Positions 40,595 to 54,404 of a DNA stretch of 64,000 nucleotides are shown piece by piece. The position numbers and the translations under genes are program-made. Position 1 is the first letter of the stretch; every line of letters starts with the position of its first letter. Source of the DNA: Nymphaea colorata (taxonomy: Eukaryota); contig NC_045138.2 in NCBI RefSeq assembly GCF_008831285.2, forward strand, positions 42,780,001 to 42,844,000. The letters are read 5' to 3'. The notes under the pieces are model-generated. The model was not told where the DNA came from. It was given only the letters and a program-made list of their open reading frames with translations, and ran no database searches.

Positions 40595-40660
40595 ACGCCA
40601 CTGGCCTAAGTTGTCCCAACCCAAGCTGGTGCGCCCCAGTTCGAGCCCACTGCTAGTGCG
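40595..40660 (+). mobile_element. Possible tRNA-derived SINE head
   Basis: An A-box-like TGGCCTAAGTTG (~40602) and a B-box-like AGTTCGAGCCC (~40638) have tRNA-like spacing at the start of a GC-richer ~350 bp block. No tail or TSD found. Confidence 0.35.
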
Positions 40661-41922
40661 CATTCTAGTCCAGTCAGCAGCCCTTATGACCCAGCACTAA
40701 ACTCCATGCAGGTTGCCACCTCAACCAGACTTGGTGCCATTTTAGGTGACCCATCCCAGGCCCCCACATGCTGGCGCCTACCTCCCATGCATTGCCAGCA
40801 TAGATGCCATGCGGTTTCCCATATGGTCTTCATGTGAGCCAGCCATTCATGCCATTTTTAGAGTGCCACTTCAGCCGAACACATGCCACCTATGCACCAA
40901 CCAAACACAACATCAGCTCTCCTTTGTGTGCCAGATCTGTGCAGGTTCTAGGAATGAAACCCTCCTTAATTGATGCCGTCGTGATTAGGAAATCTCTTTA
41001 GAAGGGAATTTCAAATTTGAATTTAGTTTTTGAATTGTTTCCTTGCAAAGGCCAGACATGCATGTGCTTATGTAAGCATGCCTTCATTCATTGTTAGACT
41101 TGTACAATCTGAAGAATGATAATTTAGCATCAGATTTGTCTCTCTCCGGTTTCATCCCTTGTGTGTCCCATCAAGAGCCGCCACTGACCGCCGGATTTGC
41201 TGCTGTTGTTCACCATTCGCTGCAGCCATCTGAGTACCACCACCCTCTTTCCTCTGTCCTCAATCCCAAACCGTGCGACAACATTCCACGACCATCCTTC
41301 TAGGTCCATGCATTGCAGCTTCTCCCTTGACGTGGAGCTCGCAAGCAAGGAGACCGTACAGTCACTCTGTCAACAACTCTACCCTAGACACAGAGCTCTT
41401 TTAAGGAATCGTGCAACCTAGGCCCTGATCTACTCCATCAACACAAAATCCAGCCGATCGGAAGACCTATACATCCTATTATGCAGAAACACATTCATCA
41501 TTTTCCCAACAAATCAACCACACCAAATGACGACAGACCTTTGCGATCCATATCCATTCAAAAACTCTTGAAGTGAGCTTTCCAACAAGATATTACATGC
41601 CTCAATCAGAGTCCGAACGAGAGAGTTACATCGATTCATCTGGCAACTGTCCTCATCTGTGGCTTTTCCAGCAAATCGTCCTATAACGGTGTAGGATCCC
41701 TGCATGCCTATACTCATTTAAAAGGTCTTGAAATTATCTTCCCAACAACATATTACACGACTCAACGAGACTTCAGACAAAGGAGTTACAATTTTTTTTA
41801 ATTTGGTTGATTGTGCATCAGATAGAATTGGCTCCTACGTCTGTTTCTGTTTGACAATCAATCTACGGCTTTCAAGTGTCATATCTCCCTTTTTGTACTC
41901 GCATCATGCTTCAAATTTGCAG

Positions 41923-42018
41923 GTCTGTGTGGCAGCTACAGAACGTTGTCTTGATCCAATTCCTCTAGTGCCAGCTATTTTGGAGAAACTGATCCAGGCA
42001 AAATTGCCCAAGAGTTGA
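41923..42018 (+). pseudogene. VPS51: VPS51 terminal coding exon (inverted relative to upstream exons)
   Basis: A TTTGCAG acceptor precedes VCVAATERCLDPIPLVPAILEKLIQAKLPKS*, which matches the plant VPS51 C-terminus that follows ...AAIDFLLDE. Confidence 0.88.
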
Positions 42019-43910
42019 TCAATGGATCTGATGGTTTGAAAAATATCTGATGCATTATTCTGCGGGCCAACAGGTGGTCATTCGCATACTGGCCTGTGCA
42101 TGCTTCATTGTCACCATTTTTTTTCTGTATTTCCCAAGATCATGCGTATGGAATTTTGTTAGGGATAGAAGTCTTCCACAAAAATTTTAGACATTTTCTA
42201 AGTTTTCCTTTTACTTAACGTAAAACAGGCCTTGCTGTATGCAGCTTGTGTGGGCCACTGTCAGAGGAGTTTGGCAGTTCGTTTGTGTTCTCTTGGGTAA
42301 TACGGCATTGAAAACTGAGCTCTTTCCATCACATGCTCCCACGTTGTGATGGGACAGTCCAACTTTCTTCTCAAAGTTGAATTGAGAAGGCTTTTTTTTG
42401 TTGCTTAAAGCGAGATACTGCTCAAGGATTTGTTGTACGCGATAACTTACTCTGGTTGTCTTTTCATATATACTTGTATAGTGCACGCAGCGCTCGTTGG
42501 TTGTTCCAGGTTTGTATAGTTACCAGCTTAGGTTTTTGACATTGTACATTCGGGTTATGGAGCTTGTTAGAAACTTCCAAGGCAGTTCAGCACTATCTTT
42601 CTGCGGTGAGTACATGACATTTTCTTTCTTTTTTCCTTTCTTTCTTTCTTTGTATAAACAAGCTATGGTAGCAGATCCGACCACATGGCAGTGGCATATT
42701 GAATTTCTTTAGATTGAAGTTCTCAAGTCCAGCCCCAGGTTGGTGATTGAAACTCTTGTTGACAAAAGGTATGTTATTTTGGTCAATCTACATAATTTCG
42801 GTTGCTTTCTCAAAAACATTGCCGTCCAGGCTGTGCTTGCAAACGAACAGTTGGAGTGAGAATAATGCGTTTAGAAGATGGCAGCTGCTAATTTGTGTTT
42901 GCCCAGTGTGTGGCAGTAAAGATCTCAGTTTGTGGTGATATGTTCTCTTTTCATTTTCAAAATCTACACAAATACCCCCTTAATTAAGGGTGGGCAGTGG
43001 GCTTGCAATTTGACATTGGAGCTGGCCCAAAATTTTTTATTTCAACTCCATCAACGTAAGCAGTACATGCATGAACAGTGTGTGGACATGATACTCCCTT
43101 TTTCCTAGTGGACCCCCATCGTGATGCAAGCCTTATTTAGCCCTGCCTTTAGGATTCCAGGGTGACGTTCGGCCAGGGGGCAGTAGGACTGCCTTGCAGC
43201 CATGGTTGGTGCGGTGGTCATGCTCACGAAAGTGGCGACTTTGGTTGGCCATGATTTTGATTGTTGGAAGATTTTTAACTATAAGTTGTCGGCTCAGTTG
43301 ACAAACATAACACGACAAACATTCATAACTGCTTCAGGCTTTCAGCCAAGCATCCAAAGGATGCACACCAACAATCACCTAGGGATAGAGATTTCATTCA
43401 AAATCAAGTCAAAATAACAAAACTAAAAGGTTCTCATCAAAATGTATCTAACATCTAAATAGAACTAATTTCCGTGATACAACACCTGTCTTTTTTTGAA
43501 ATTGTACCACACCATTTCCATGAGAACTAAAGTAGATAAATCTCACACCTCGGGAGTCCACACAGGGCAATGTATTCATCTTATTTTCAGAAGGGAAATC
43601 ATTTATTCAATAGTTTTAGGCTTTAGCTGCAAACATAACTGCTAGCAGCCAGCTGTTGGCATCTATGGTATAGTGAATGCTTTCCCTCAAAATCACCTTC
43701 ATCTTCCTGCTAATTCTAGGATGTTGCTAAAAGGCAGAACTCCAACATGAAACAATGATAACAGTTACAGTATACTGGGAAAATGTATTTATCTTTTTAT
43801 GAATGAAATGGCCAACCTCTAAACCAGTACGCTATGTACCCTTGCCAGAAGCGTTGCTTCGTTGGATCTTAAGCTTATAGTTTGTGAAGCTTGAAATTTC
43901 AATAAAGTAC

Positions 43911-45242
43911 CTCATCAAGTAGGAAATCAATAGCTGCATCATCATCAGCAATTTCTTTAAGAGGCGCTCCAAGGAACTGCATGTCCAACTGGATTTGCTG
44001 AAATCCACTGTGGTTAAAAGTCTCGAGTCTCACAAACTGTACAAAGCTTTTCAAGCAGAGTTTCACAATGGTTGAGATCACTGACTCCTGTAAACAAGGA
44101 GCAGAAACATTTATATTTTTTACATGGACATGCCTATATTCAATAACATATCCAGAAATCAGTTACATATTACCTGCATAAACTCAATTTTTGTGAAGAT
44201 CTCCATTTTTGCTTTAAAATCTTAGCAAGATGACTTTCAAGCAGTTGGCTTTGAACTTCCTGTGTGTGCTAATTTTTTCATCCCGAAGAGGGTTACCGCG
44301 AGAGGAATTTGCACTACCAGTGCTGTCAGAGCGATGATGCATTGGCGTTGAGCAGCCAACTAAAATCTGCTTGACTTCGCTTTCTGCAGCTTGCAGCTGG
44401 GAACAGGAAAATATATGATAATCAATGATGGCGTGTCATCTACTCATACATTCAGAGAAGAAACTTGAATTTTCCCAGTTAGGTTACAAAAATAGTTTCT
44501 CAAAAATTTAATACTATATTCTTTTACTTCTACGACATGTATATTACCAATAAATACTACTGAAACTTATGAATACTCTTCTCCCTTCTTTTCAGAACAT
44601 GCAAAGTGCAAGATCAAGGACCAATCAAATTGACTAAATTCTTTTGTAACTTGTTAAAACATAACATAAAATTGACGACCACTATTGATTGGAAACACTA
44701 CCTCTAGTTTGCACCCAGGAACTGAACTCAAGAAATTTCTGAGAAGATTATGATTGCCCCATTGGAAGCTCCATGATTAGATATGCCTTATCTCCTGTAT
44801 ATTGCAAGAACATTGAAAAGCCCTAAATAATAATAATACAGAAACCAAAAACCCAAAAGTGCATCGATGAGCCATAGCCAAATTTAGCCATTATGATCCA
44901 TGTGCTATAGTAGAGGCCCACAGGGCATGGAAGATAGTACATGTCACTTAACACCAAATAAAAAAAAAAAAGCCTCGTAGCCAAGTAACTTTAGCTTAAA
45001 GAGCACAACGTATGATTTACCTCTTTAAGAAGCAGGTCTATGAACATGTGAACTTCTCAGGGCTCCTTATGCTATGTAAAATTATCAATTATGAAGAAAT
45101 AAGTGCCCGAACATAACATGACTTTTCTTTTCATCCTTAGGCAGAAAAAAGGTTGATGCATTTCAATTACCTTGATCCAATTTGGTGTGGTAATCTGCTT
45201 TTTCAGAAGCAGAGATATTTTCTGTGTTTTCGTATTGACATA
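43911..45242 (-). pseudogene. VPS51: VPS51 (GARP/EARP subunit) 3' fragment, four exons
   Basis: AG/GT-bounded exons are 45171-45242 (YVNTKTQKISLLLKKQITTPNWIK), 45021-45071 (HKEP*EVHMFIDLLLKE; stop 45057-45059), 44174-44396 (two frameshifts) and 43911-44087 (ESVISTIVKLCLKS...FQQIQLDMQFL...AAIDFLLDE). No upstream exons recognised. Confidence 0.92.
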
Positions 45243-48175
45243 CTGCAGAAGATGACAAAGGTAAGAAAGAGAATTTGAACTACTTAGACCTGAATGAAAC
45301 AAATTAATCATCATGAACCTTCTACATTTCTTGAATCGATTTCAGTCCCAACATGTCCTCATATCCTTTCTCAAAATCCACCAAAATTAAAAAATCAACT
45401 AATATACACGTAACAAATACCAAACTTAACAGTTGAAACTGTGCAGCATAATAAATAATAAACTTTGAGCCTTCCAGCTTTTTGTCCTTTTTTGTGTAAA
45501 TTTAAAGCCATTTATTTAATAAAATGGACATATTGGAGAAGAAGTGTTATCTACATCCTTCAAAACCAGTCATGCTCTCCATATTATACATTTACGTATA
45601 CGTTATATAATATCTACTACATTTATGCTGTCGTATATACATTATATACAATTATATATAATATTTATGTAATGTACATATATAAAACTATTATATATAC
45701 ATATACATATAACTATATACTATTTATGTCATATACTACAATATTATATACATACAACTATATGTACATAGTATATACACAATATATTACATGTATTACA
45801 TATATCTAATATATACATAAATTTATTAGATCATGCACGACATCCTTGGACATTGACACTTTCAAACAATAAGTTGTGCGGCAAAAATTTATTTATCAAA
45901 AGAATCAAGTTGTCACAGGCTGACTTTTTCAAACCTATTTGGCCCACGTGGAGCTGAGGGATAGTCGGTCTGCAACACAAGTGAAGGCATTGAAAAATGA
46001 AAACCAAGCAACTAATACAACAAAGCACCTAAACAACCCATGTCACAATGAAAGTGAAAACTAAACATGACACAATGCTGAAAACCACTAAAGTGGAAAA
46101 TGAAGAAGATTGAACTACAATAAAATCAAACCAACAATTGCCCAACTCAACAAAACTAAATAATCAAACTAAACCAAAATAGGATCATACTGAAAACAAA
46201 TCAAGCCAATGACCTTAACCTAAATCTGGGTTATGTTGAAGACAAGCGGTTAAGATGGAATAATGGGTCAGGCTTAATCACTTATCCCAAATGATATAAA
46301 AAGAAAATGAAATTCGTCACATTCAACATGAGTTGACTAGGTTTGAGGAGTTTCTTCTATCCCATGAATGGACTAATGGTTTGGTAATGGAATGGTCAAC
46401 ATCTTTCAAGGCCAAAGGGAATTGGTAATGAAATGACAAACATCTTTCAAGACCAAAGGAGATTGGTTACTTCCTCCTATGACTAGAGATATCAAGTTTT
46501 TACTTTGAAATAGTTCAAAAAATGATCAATTTAACAAATAACCATGAGTGATCGTGTGCAAATAATATGGCCTTCATTGACACAGTACCGTACAAGCATT
46601 AGGATTCATTACGCGTTAATGCCGTCAAATCTCTAGAAGGGATGTCTTTCAATTTCCAAAATATGAATATAAAGGAATCATCCTCAGCATCTTAGGTAAT
46701 CAAAAATAGGAGAAGATATTGACTCTAGAATCGCACATCTACCAAAGATTGTCACATTCAATTCTTACGAGTTAAGCCTTCATGCCTTTCATCTCTTGGC
46801 AGACACCTTTTGCTTTTTTTTTTCTTCTTGTTTTTTTTTCTTTCTTTCTCTTGCATTCAGCTTTTGCCTTTTGATTTTTTTTTTAAGCCGACCTTCACCT
46901 TTGAGGGAACACCTCACCACCCCAAAGGCTACTACGAAGCTCCACCGCTTTGGTGGTTATGTGTAGCTTTGTCGCGTATCCAACCTGCTTCACCTTGTAG
47001 GTTTTCGACGAGACAAAGGTTCATAAGTCATTATCTTCGCGGTATAAACATAAATCACCTATATGCCTACCTGGTACTCTTGATTACTAACCCAGAGGAA
47101 CGACTACACAAGCCCCAAGCCCATCTCTCAACTCTCATTGTGCTACCTGCCAAGTTCTTTTAGAACATTTTGGCTTCTCTATCAGGATATTTTCCTGCTA
47201 AATCCATGTAGATGCTTGATTACTAAAGTCAATAGCATTTCCTAGTCTTGAATTTCTCAACTTCACAGGACTTTTCCTTACTGCTCATATCCACGATTTT
47301 TTCAAGTTTCATCTTCCATTGTTTGGCAACAAAACCTTGAAATTTTATCCTTATACTCAAGGAGGTACTAATAATGAAGAAAAGCCACATTATTGTGTGA
47401 GAAGACACTTTTAAAATGTTTTTAAGTAAAACTGAAAATTTTCACTTTTACAAAAAAATCTTGACATCAAATGGTATATCACCAGGAGGAAGGAATTCAA
47501 CTCTAAAGAAGAGGGTGAATGCAAAGCAGTATAGGTTCGTTGAGTAGAAAAATGAACTTCAACTCTCCTATAAAAGTATGGACTTCTATAAAAAAGGTTG
47601 GTTTAATGGTGACGATTTTCCATAAATGTTGGGTCCTCAACTGATAGTTAGTTTTACAAATGGTTTAGGTTAAGCTCTTATCTTTTTCCAAAGGAAGCCC
47701 AAGATAAACCAATCCTATGTGGTGGGTTTTGTAAAATCATCAAGTGCATGATAATGACAACTATGGGATTGGACTCTGTTAGACTCTAAATGTACGACTA
47801 TCCAGCAAAGTTTGATCGGTCTTGTGCCCTGGCAATCTTCTCCAAATTCTCTTGTTTTGAGGTTTTCGTGCAAAGGGTTGGATCATTGATTGCTATGGGG
47901 AAATTGATACTTCTATAGCTCACTCTCCTATCCCCCTAAAAACCACTTTCAGGACCGAGTTGGATTGGTTTGAATGGTTTTAGATAATCCTCTTAGCAAT
48001 AAGACACAAAAAAACAATATGCCGAAATCAAAGCAAAATCACGATACAAGTCCTAAAATACCCTCATCTCCTTACTATGTGGAAATTCTAGATCCTTAAG
48101 TGCAGACAAGTTCAAAATTGTATTCTATTTGGTGGAGATACATATGCCTAAAAGTTAAAGAAAAATCATAAATAG

Positions 48176-51100
48176 TGTTGAAATTAGAGGAGTTTATGTT
48201 TCTAGGTGGTTCTTTGTAATATTAAAGAGCTATTAGATCTCTTTAATATTTTCTTTATTTTAGATTGATGTACTCTGTAAATCTCCTTTCTACCCTAATC
48301 TCTTTATAATAGAGATTAGGGTTAGTGAATAGATAACGTTTTCTCTCTCTCTCCACATCTCTAGGCAGCAACATGGTATCAGAGCCACGGACGTGACTTG
48401 TGACGTGAAGCAAACAGCCGGTGACAGGCAGTGGACGTCCATGCATCTGGCGACGTGAATCAAACAGCCGGTGACCCTCCTTCTCCTTTCAGGCTTTATC
48501 TCTTCCACCTCCTCCATCTCCTTCCCCTTCCTCCATCTCTTTCTCCTTCACCTCTCGCCTGTTCTAGTTGACTGATTTCCAGCAACGGAACAGTGTGGAG
48601 GAGTCTATTCACGCTAGGAGATATGTGTGAATAGACTCCAGTCATGGATTTTCAAAAGTATATATATTATCGCAGCTGTGTGGGAGTCTGCGCTGATTAA
48701 TCGCTTATGGTTTGATATGTTCTATGATCAAAGCAGCCAAGTGGAGGACTGCTCTCTAGGATTTCTGTGGCAGCTTATGTTGATTGTTTTATCTGTTGTC
48801 GTTATTCATGATTTGTAAAAGATAATCTGTGGTACAACAACGTTAGATGCATAAATAGACAAGTTGTTGGTAGGAGCAAATAATACAAGCAGTGGGGATT
48901 TGTTTTCAGTTGTGGGCTTGCTATTAGTAACATTTTTTGTCTTTAGATTGTTGTTTTCTTTGTCATGGGGTTGCTGTCAATTGTTGGACAGCAGTTTGGT
49001 TGTTGTTGCGCATCTAACGTTGCCGTGTGGGACGTTTGTTCTTGTTGATTAGTCTCTTTTTTAATAGATATATATATATATATATTCTCTTGCTGGTGGT
49101 GGTTGATCTCTTGTGGACAAATTTATGATGGCAGAAAATCCCAAAATTGACTTTTGTCATGAGGTTAAGAGTGGTGGAAATCCATTATGTTATGGTTCTA
49201 CTATAAAGTTAGATTGATCTAACTATGAGATTTGGTCTCGTGTGTTTACGATGTCTACATCTGTGATTGGACATTAGAAGGAGCATGTTATAGAAGAAAA
49301 TGAGCCTATTGAAAAGAGTGAAAAATATGGTTCATGGAAGGGAGATTGTAATATTGTCATGTCATGAATCATGAATAGTGTGCAACCACAGATTGCATCA
49401 ACTATTGCATACTATACCTCCGCCAAACAAATGTGGGATTTCTTGAAACAAACTTACTCAAATGACAAGAATGTTAGCAAGATATTGCAGGTGGAGGAGG
49501 AATTACTTAATTTGCAACAGGGTGACCAAAGTCTTGCTCAGTACTTCGCTTCCCTCAAGTCTATCCATGAACGACTTAAAGCATTACGTCCCCCATGTCC
49601 AACATGTCATAAGACTCATGGTGAACAGTCTATGGCTGCAAAGTTTCTACAGGGCCTCTCCCCTGAACATGCAGTAGCAAAGGCTCAGATGCTGACTGGA
49701 GCAGAAATCCCTGACTTAGTGTGACCTTTCTTAGTCATTTAGTGATATCCATGCCTCTACCTTGGTAGCCTCAAGAGGTCGTGGACGCAGTTCATTCAGG
49801 GGGAGAGACATAGGTTGAGGGTCAGGAGCAGGTCGGGGGAGATTTCAGTGCACCTATTGTGGGAAAATAGGACATTTAGAAGACAGATGTTGGGATAAAC
49901 ATGGTCGTCCTTCGCCTGCATCCCTAGGAAGAAATATTGCATCTAAGCAGGGCAAGAATTCTTTACAGTCTCCTATTGGGTCTATTCAGGCAGCTTCATC
50001 AGTTGTAGATGGGTCTTCATCTCCTTCTCACCCTGAGACAGTGATTGTGAGTATCAACAAGTCAGAGTATGAGGACTTCCTAGCACACAGATCTATTCAG
50101 TCGTCGGCCTCTACAGTCATGATAGACAGTGCTATGTCTGTTGATACTGTCCCACATGATACATGTACTACTTGGATTATTGATTCAGAAGCATCGAGAC
50201 ACTTTTGTAGTAGACCTTCTATGTTTACTGTGCTACACTCATTACCTGAGCCACGTCATGTGAAACTTGAAGATGGTAGATGGTCACCTATTATGGGTTA
50301 TGGTGATATCAAGATTTCTCAGTCTATTACTATTCCTAATGCGTTATATGCTCTTAAGTTTCCAACATATTTGTTATCGGATGGACAATTGATTAATGAC
50401 TTACATTGTCATGTTACGTTTGACTATGGTTTATGTTCATTTCAGGACTTGCAAACTGGGAAGACGATTGGTGGAGGCTATGAGAAAGGGGGCATCTAAT
50501 TCCTCTCGAATCCAGTGGATATTGCAGCATCATCGATCACCTCACTGTCCTCCTCCTGCCAGTGGCATCTCAGACTTGGTCATCCATTTGTCTCCAAGCT
50601 CCGTCACCTTCTTCCTCATCTTTCAGTACCAGAGTTGTTCTAGTGTGAAGCCTGTCAACTTGGCAAACACACCCAAAGTAGTTATTCATCGAGTCTTAGT
50701 CCGTCCAGTTGTGGACTTTTTGATCTTCTTCATGTTGATGTGTGGAGTCCTAACAGAGTTGCTAATAGGTCAAGATTTTGGTATTTCATTGTCATTGTTG
50801 ATCATTATTCTCGAATCACTTGGGTCTTCCTTTTGAAAGAAAGGTCTGAAGTAGTATGTATTCTCAAAAATCTTATTATTGAAATAAAGACCCAGTTTAG
50901 TATTCTTGTTAAAAGCATTCACATTGATAATGCCCTTGAGTTCAAAGCCTCTACCTTAATGAAGTTTTACTCTGATAATGGCATTTGTCCTTAGCTTACT
51001 TGTCCACATACCTCCCAACAAAGTGGAGTAGCTGAGCGTAAACATCACCAACTCTTAAATGTAGCTCGTTCCCTAATGCTTCATATTAATTTACCTGCAT

Positions 51101-53507
51101 ACTTTTGGGGGGATGCCATACTCACTGCCTGTTATTTAACCAATCGTTTACCTTCATCCTCTATTGACAATAAGGTTCCCATTAAACTTATGCATCCCCA
51201 ACGACCCTTATTTCTAGTGGCTCCCAAAGTATTTGGTTGCACATGCTTTGTTCACATACTTGGACCCACACGTGATAAATTGGGTACCCAAGCCATTAAG
51301 TGTATCTTTATAGGCTACTCTCGAAACCATAAAGGCTACAAATGCTTTGATCCCTTGACTCAAAAGGAGTATATCAGTGCAGATGTCACATTCTTCGAGT
51401 CTCAGCCTTATTATAGCTCATCTCTCATTCGTACTGAGATGCCACAATCACCAGACCCACTACCTATTCCTCATATTCCTTTGGAGTCATTCTCGTTTGA
51501 ATCTCCTTCTAAAGACTCTCCGACTGTAGTGTCCAAGTTTCGTGATCCTCCGCTGGTCTACACACTTCGACAGGACCCTTCTCATGATCCTTCGCCAACC
51601 ACTTCTCAGGAGGTAAGTTCATCTGAAGTGAGTATCCCTAGTCCATCTGATCCCTGTGAAGACTTACCCATCGCTCTTCGCAAAGGCAGACAACAATGTA
51701 CTTTGCATCCTATATCTCATTTTGTGTCTACTGACGGTGTTGGTAAAAGTATGCAACAGTTTATTCAAGCTCTGGCTGCTCATACAGTTCCTACAAGTCA
51801 CCAGCAGGCTTTATTAGATACCCAATAGAGACAGGCTATGCAAGATGAGATGGATGCTTTAGTTCAGCAAGGCACCTAGGAACTTGTTGATCCTCCTTCT
51901 CATTGTGACATTGTTGGTTCTAAGTGGGTATTCACAAAGAAATATAATTCTGATGGTTCTATGGAATGATACAAAGCTCGGTTGGTTGCTAAGGGCTATA
52001 CGCAGACCTACGGTGTGGATTTCTTTGAGACCTTCTCTCTGGTTGCTCGGTTGGGAACCATTCATCTTATCATTTCTGTGGCTGTACACCATGACTGGCA
52101 CATGTATCAGCTTGATGTCAAAAATGCCTTTTTGTATGGTGATCTCGATGAGACTCTCTATATGCAACAACCACCAGGGTTTGAATGACAGGGGGAGTGT
52201 GGCAAAGTGTGCAAGCTGAAGAAAGCTATTTATGGACTCAAGTAGAGTCCTCGTGCATGGTTTCACAAGTTTTCTGAGGTAGTCTCAAAGTGTGGCTTTG
52301 CGAGATCTCCTCTTGATCATTCTCTGTTTAACAAGAAGGCTTCCAGGTGTATAATAGTTCTAGTGGTTTATGTTGATGATATTATCCTAATAGGTGACTC
52401 TGATCAAGAAATTTCTGATGCAAAGTTGTTTCTTCAAAAACACTTTGTGACGAAAGATCTTGGTCCATTACGATATTTCTTGGGAATAGAAGTTGCTCGC
52501 AATAGGGATGGTGTGGTTCTCTCTCAACGGAAGTATGTTCTTGATTTATTGCAGGACACAGGGATGCTAGAAGCTAAACCAAAGCTCTCCCTATTGGTGA
52601 AGGCCTTTTGGGAGCTAAACCAATGCTAGGAGCTAAACCAAAGCTCTCCCTATTGGTGCAGTGGGAAAGCTAAGTCAATTTATGGAAAAACCCAGGAAAG
52701 TTCATTGAGATGCTGCCTTGATGGTGGTTAAATATCTGAAATCGTCTCTTGGCAAAGGCCTTTTGTTCACAAAAAGCAAGACTCTGGAAGTGGAAGCCTA
52801 TAGTGATGCTGACTATGCTGGCTCAGTCGAAGACAGGAAGTCTACCACAGGATTTTGTGTATTTGTGGGAGGCAACCTCATATCATGGAGAAGCAAAAAA
52901 CAAGGTGTGGTGTCAAGATCTAGTGCAGAATCCGAATATAGAGCTATGGCTCAAACTACAGCAGAAATGACTTGGGCAAGATCCATGCTATCTAGCCTAA
53001 GTGTGTCGATTCCACTTCCTATGAAGATGTATTGTGACAATTGAGCAGCCACATACATTGCAAACAATCCAGTTTTCCACGAGAGAACCAAACATATTGA
53101 AGTTGACTGCCATTACATTTTGGATCTCGTTCAAGCAGGAACCATTGCCACTATTCCTGTTCCTTCAGAAGATCAAGCTGTGGATGTCTTCACCAAAGCT
53201 CTCCCTATTGGTGATTTCTCTAAATGTTGTGGCAAGCTGAGTATGTTTAATATGCATGCTCTAGCTTGAGAGGGAGTGTTGAAATTAGAGGAGTTTATGT
53301 TTGTAGGTGGTTCTTTGTAATATTAAAGAGTTATAAGATCTCTTTAATATTTTCTTTATTTTAGATTGATGTACTCTGTAAATCTCCTTTCTACCCTAAT
53401 CTCTTTATAATAGAGATTAGGGTTAGTGAATAGATAATGTTTTCTCTCCCCAACTCTGACGTCTTCAATGCTTTCTCTCTCTCTCTCCATGTCTCAAGGC
53501 TGCAACA
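48176..53507 (+). mobile_element. Full-length decayed Ty1/copia retrotransposon
   Basis: LTRs are 48176-48373 and 53277-53507 (TG...CA). The TSD AATAG is at 48171-48175 and 53508-53512. The tRNA-iMet PBS TGGTATCAGAGCC is at 48374-48386 and the PPT GAGAGGGAG at 53268-53276. Confidence 0.97.
49125..53269 (+). pseudogene. Copia gag-PR-INT-RT-RH polyprotein with many stops
   Basis: Motifs are CTYCGKIGHLEDRC, WIIDSEASRH, WHLRLGH...[40 protein letters not shown] and SSAESEYRAMA. Confidence 0.95.
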
Positions 53508-54224
53508 AATAGAAACTAGAAAGATGAACGAACACTCAGGAAAAAGTATAACCGAACATCTCTTTTTTACACAAAGTAAGAAATCTAAGAGCTTGCATCT
53601 TTTTGAAAGCACTGCTCAAAATCTGTAGCAAAAGAAATGTAGGCATGAAACCAGTAACTTACTTTATGAGGTTGATGATGCATGTTAAAAGCCTCGTCTT
53701 TCATGATTCATTTTTTTAGTCTTGGTGGCATACAATTATTAGTTGTTCGTAGTCAATGTCCAACGCTTCTTCAATATGGATGGGCTGTAAACATGCTTAA
53801 AAGAAGGCCAGGTGTCCTAGATGCAACGTGATGTAACTCGTTAAGACTTAAGATGAACTATAACCACAGTATGCAGCTAACAGTAAATGCCTAATGATAT
53901 CATTTATATGTTTGTAGTGTTTCATAATTCAACTCCTGTCAATTCAAAACCACTTGTTGTAGGGTATGCAAGTGAAGAAAAACCCTGTTAGAATTTCATG
54001 TTGTGTGACAACCTCCATACGCTGCAGACAATCCTTCCTCTTTGCTGCAAAAGCTTATTTTAAGATGAGACCTACGAAGGCCTGACTTGCTACCAAATGT
54101 TGCAAGAAGTTTTAAGTAGTGTATGCACTAGACTGACGATGAGCACTTAACTATTTTTTATGATTTCGATTAATAGAAGAAAGAACCATGGGAAGGTCAA
54201 ACTTAGTGAAAAACATGGACATAC

Positions 54225-54404
54225 CATTCATAGATACAGTCCACAAAGCACATTATTTTCCAACAATCACCTATGGTTCTCATATGAAGCACTTGAGATA
54301 CAGTGCAGAAGCTGCTCAACAATACCATGCTCTTTGAGGCCCAAAATGAAAGGCTGAAACAACTCGTCACTGACAGTGTACCTCTCTTTCCCAATAGTTA
54401 TTTC
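54225..54404 (-). pseudogene. ARP7: ARP7 isolated exon, copy B
   Basis: Same 180 bp exon as 39524-39703. It lacks copy A's stop but shares the terminal frameshift. Confidence 0.88.

Noticed and set aside
39524..45242. Functional ARP7 or VPS51 genes
   Set aside because: Premature stops, frameshifts, missing exons and the inverted last exon rule this out.
45465..45809. 114 aa Tyr/Ile-rich ORF
   Set aside because: It is a translation of a TA-rich low-complexity tract.
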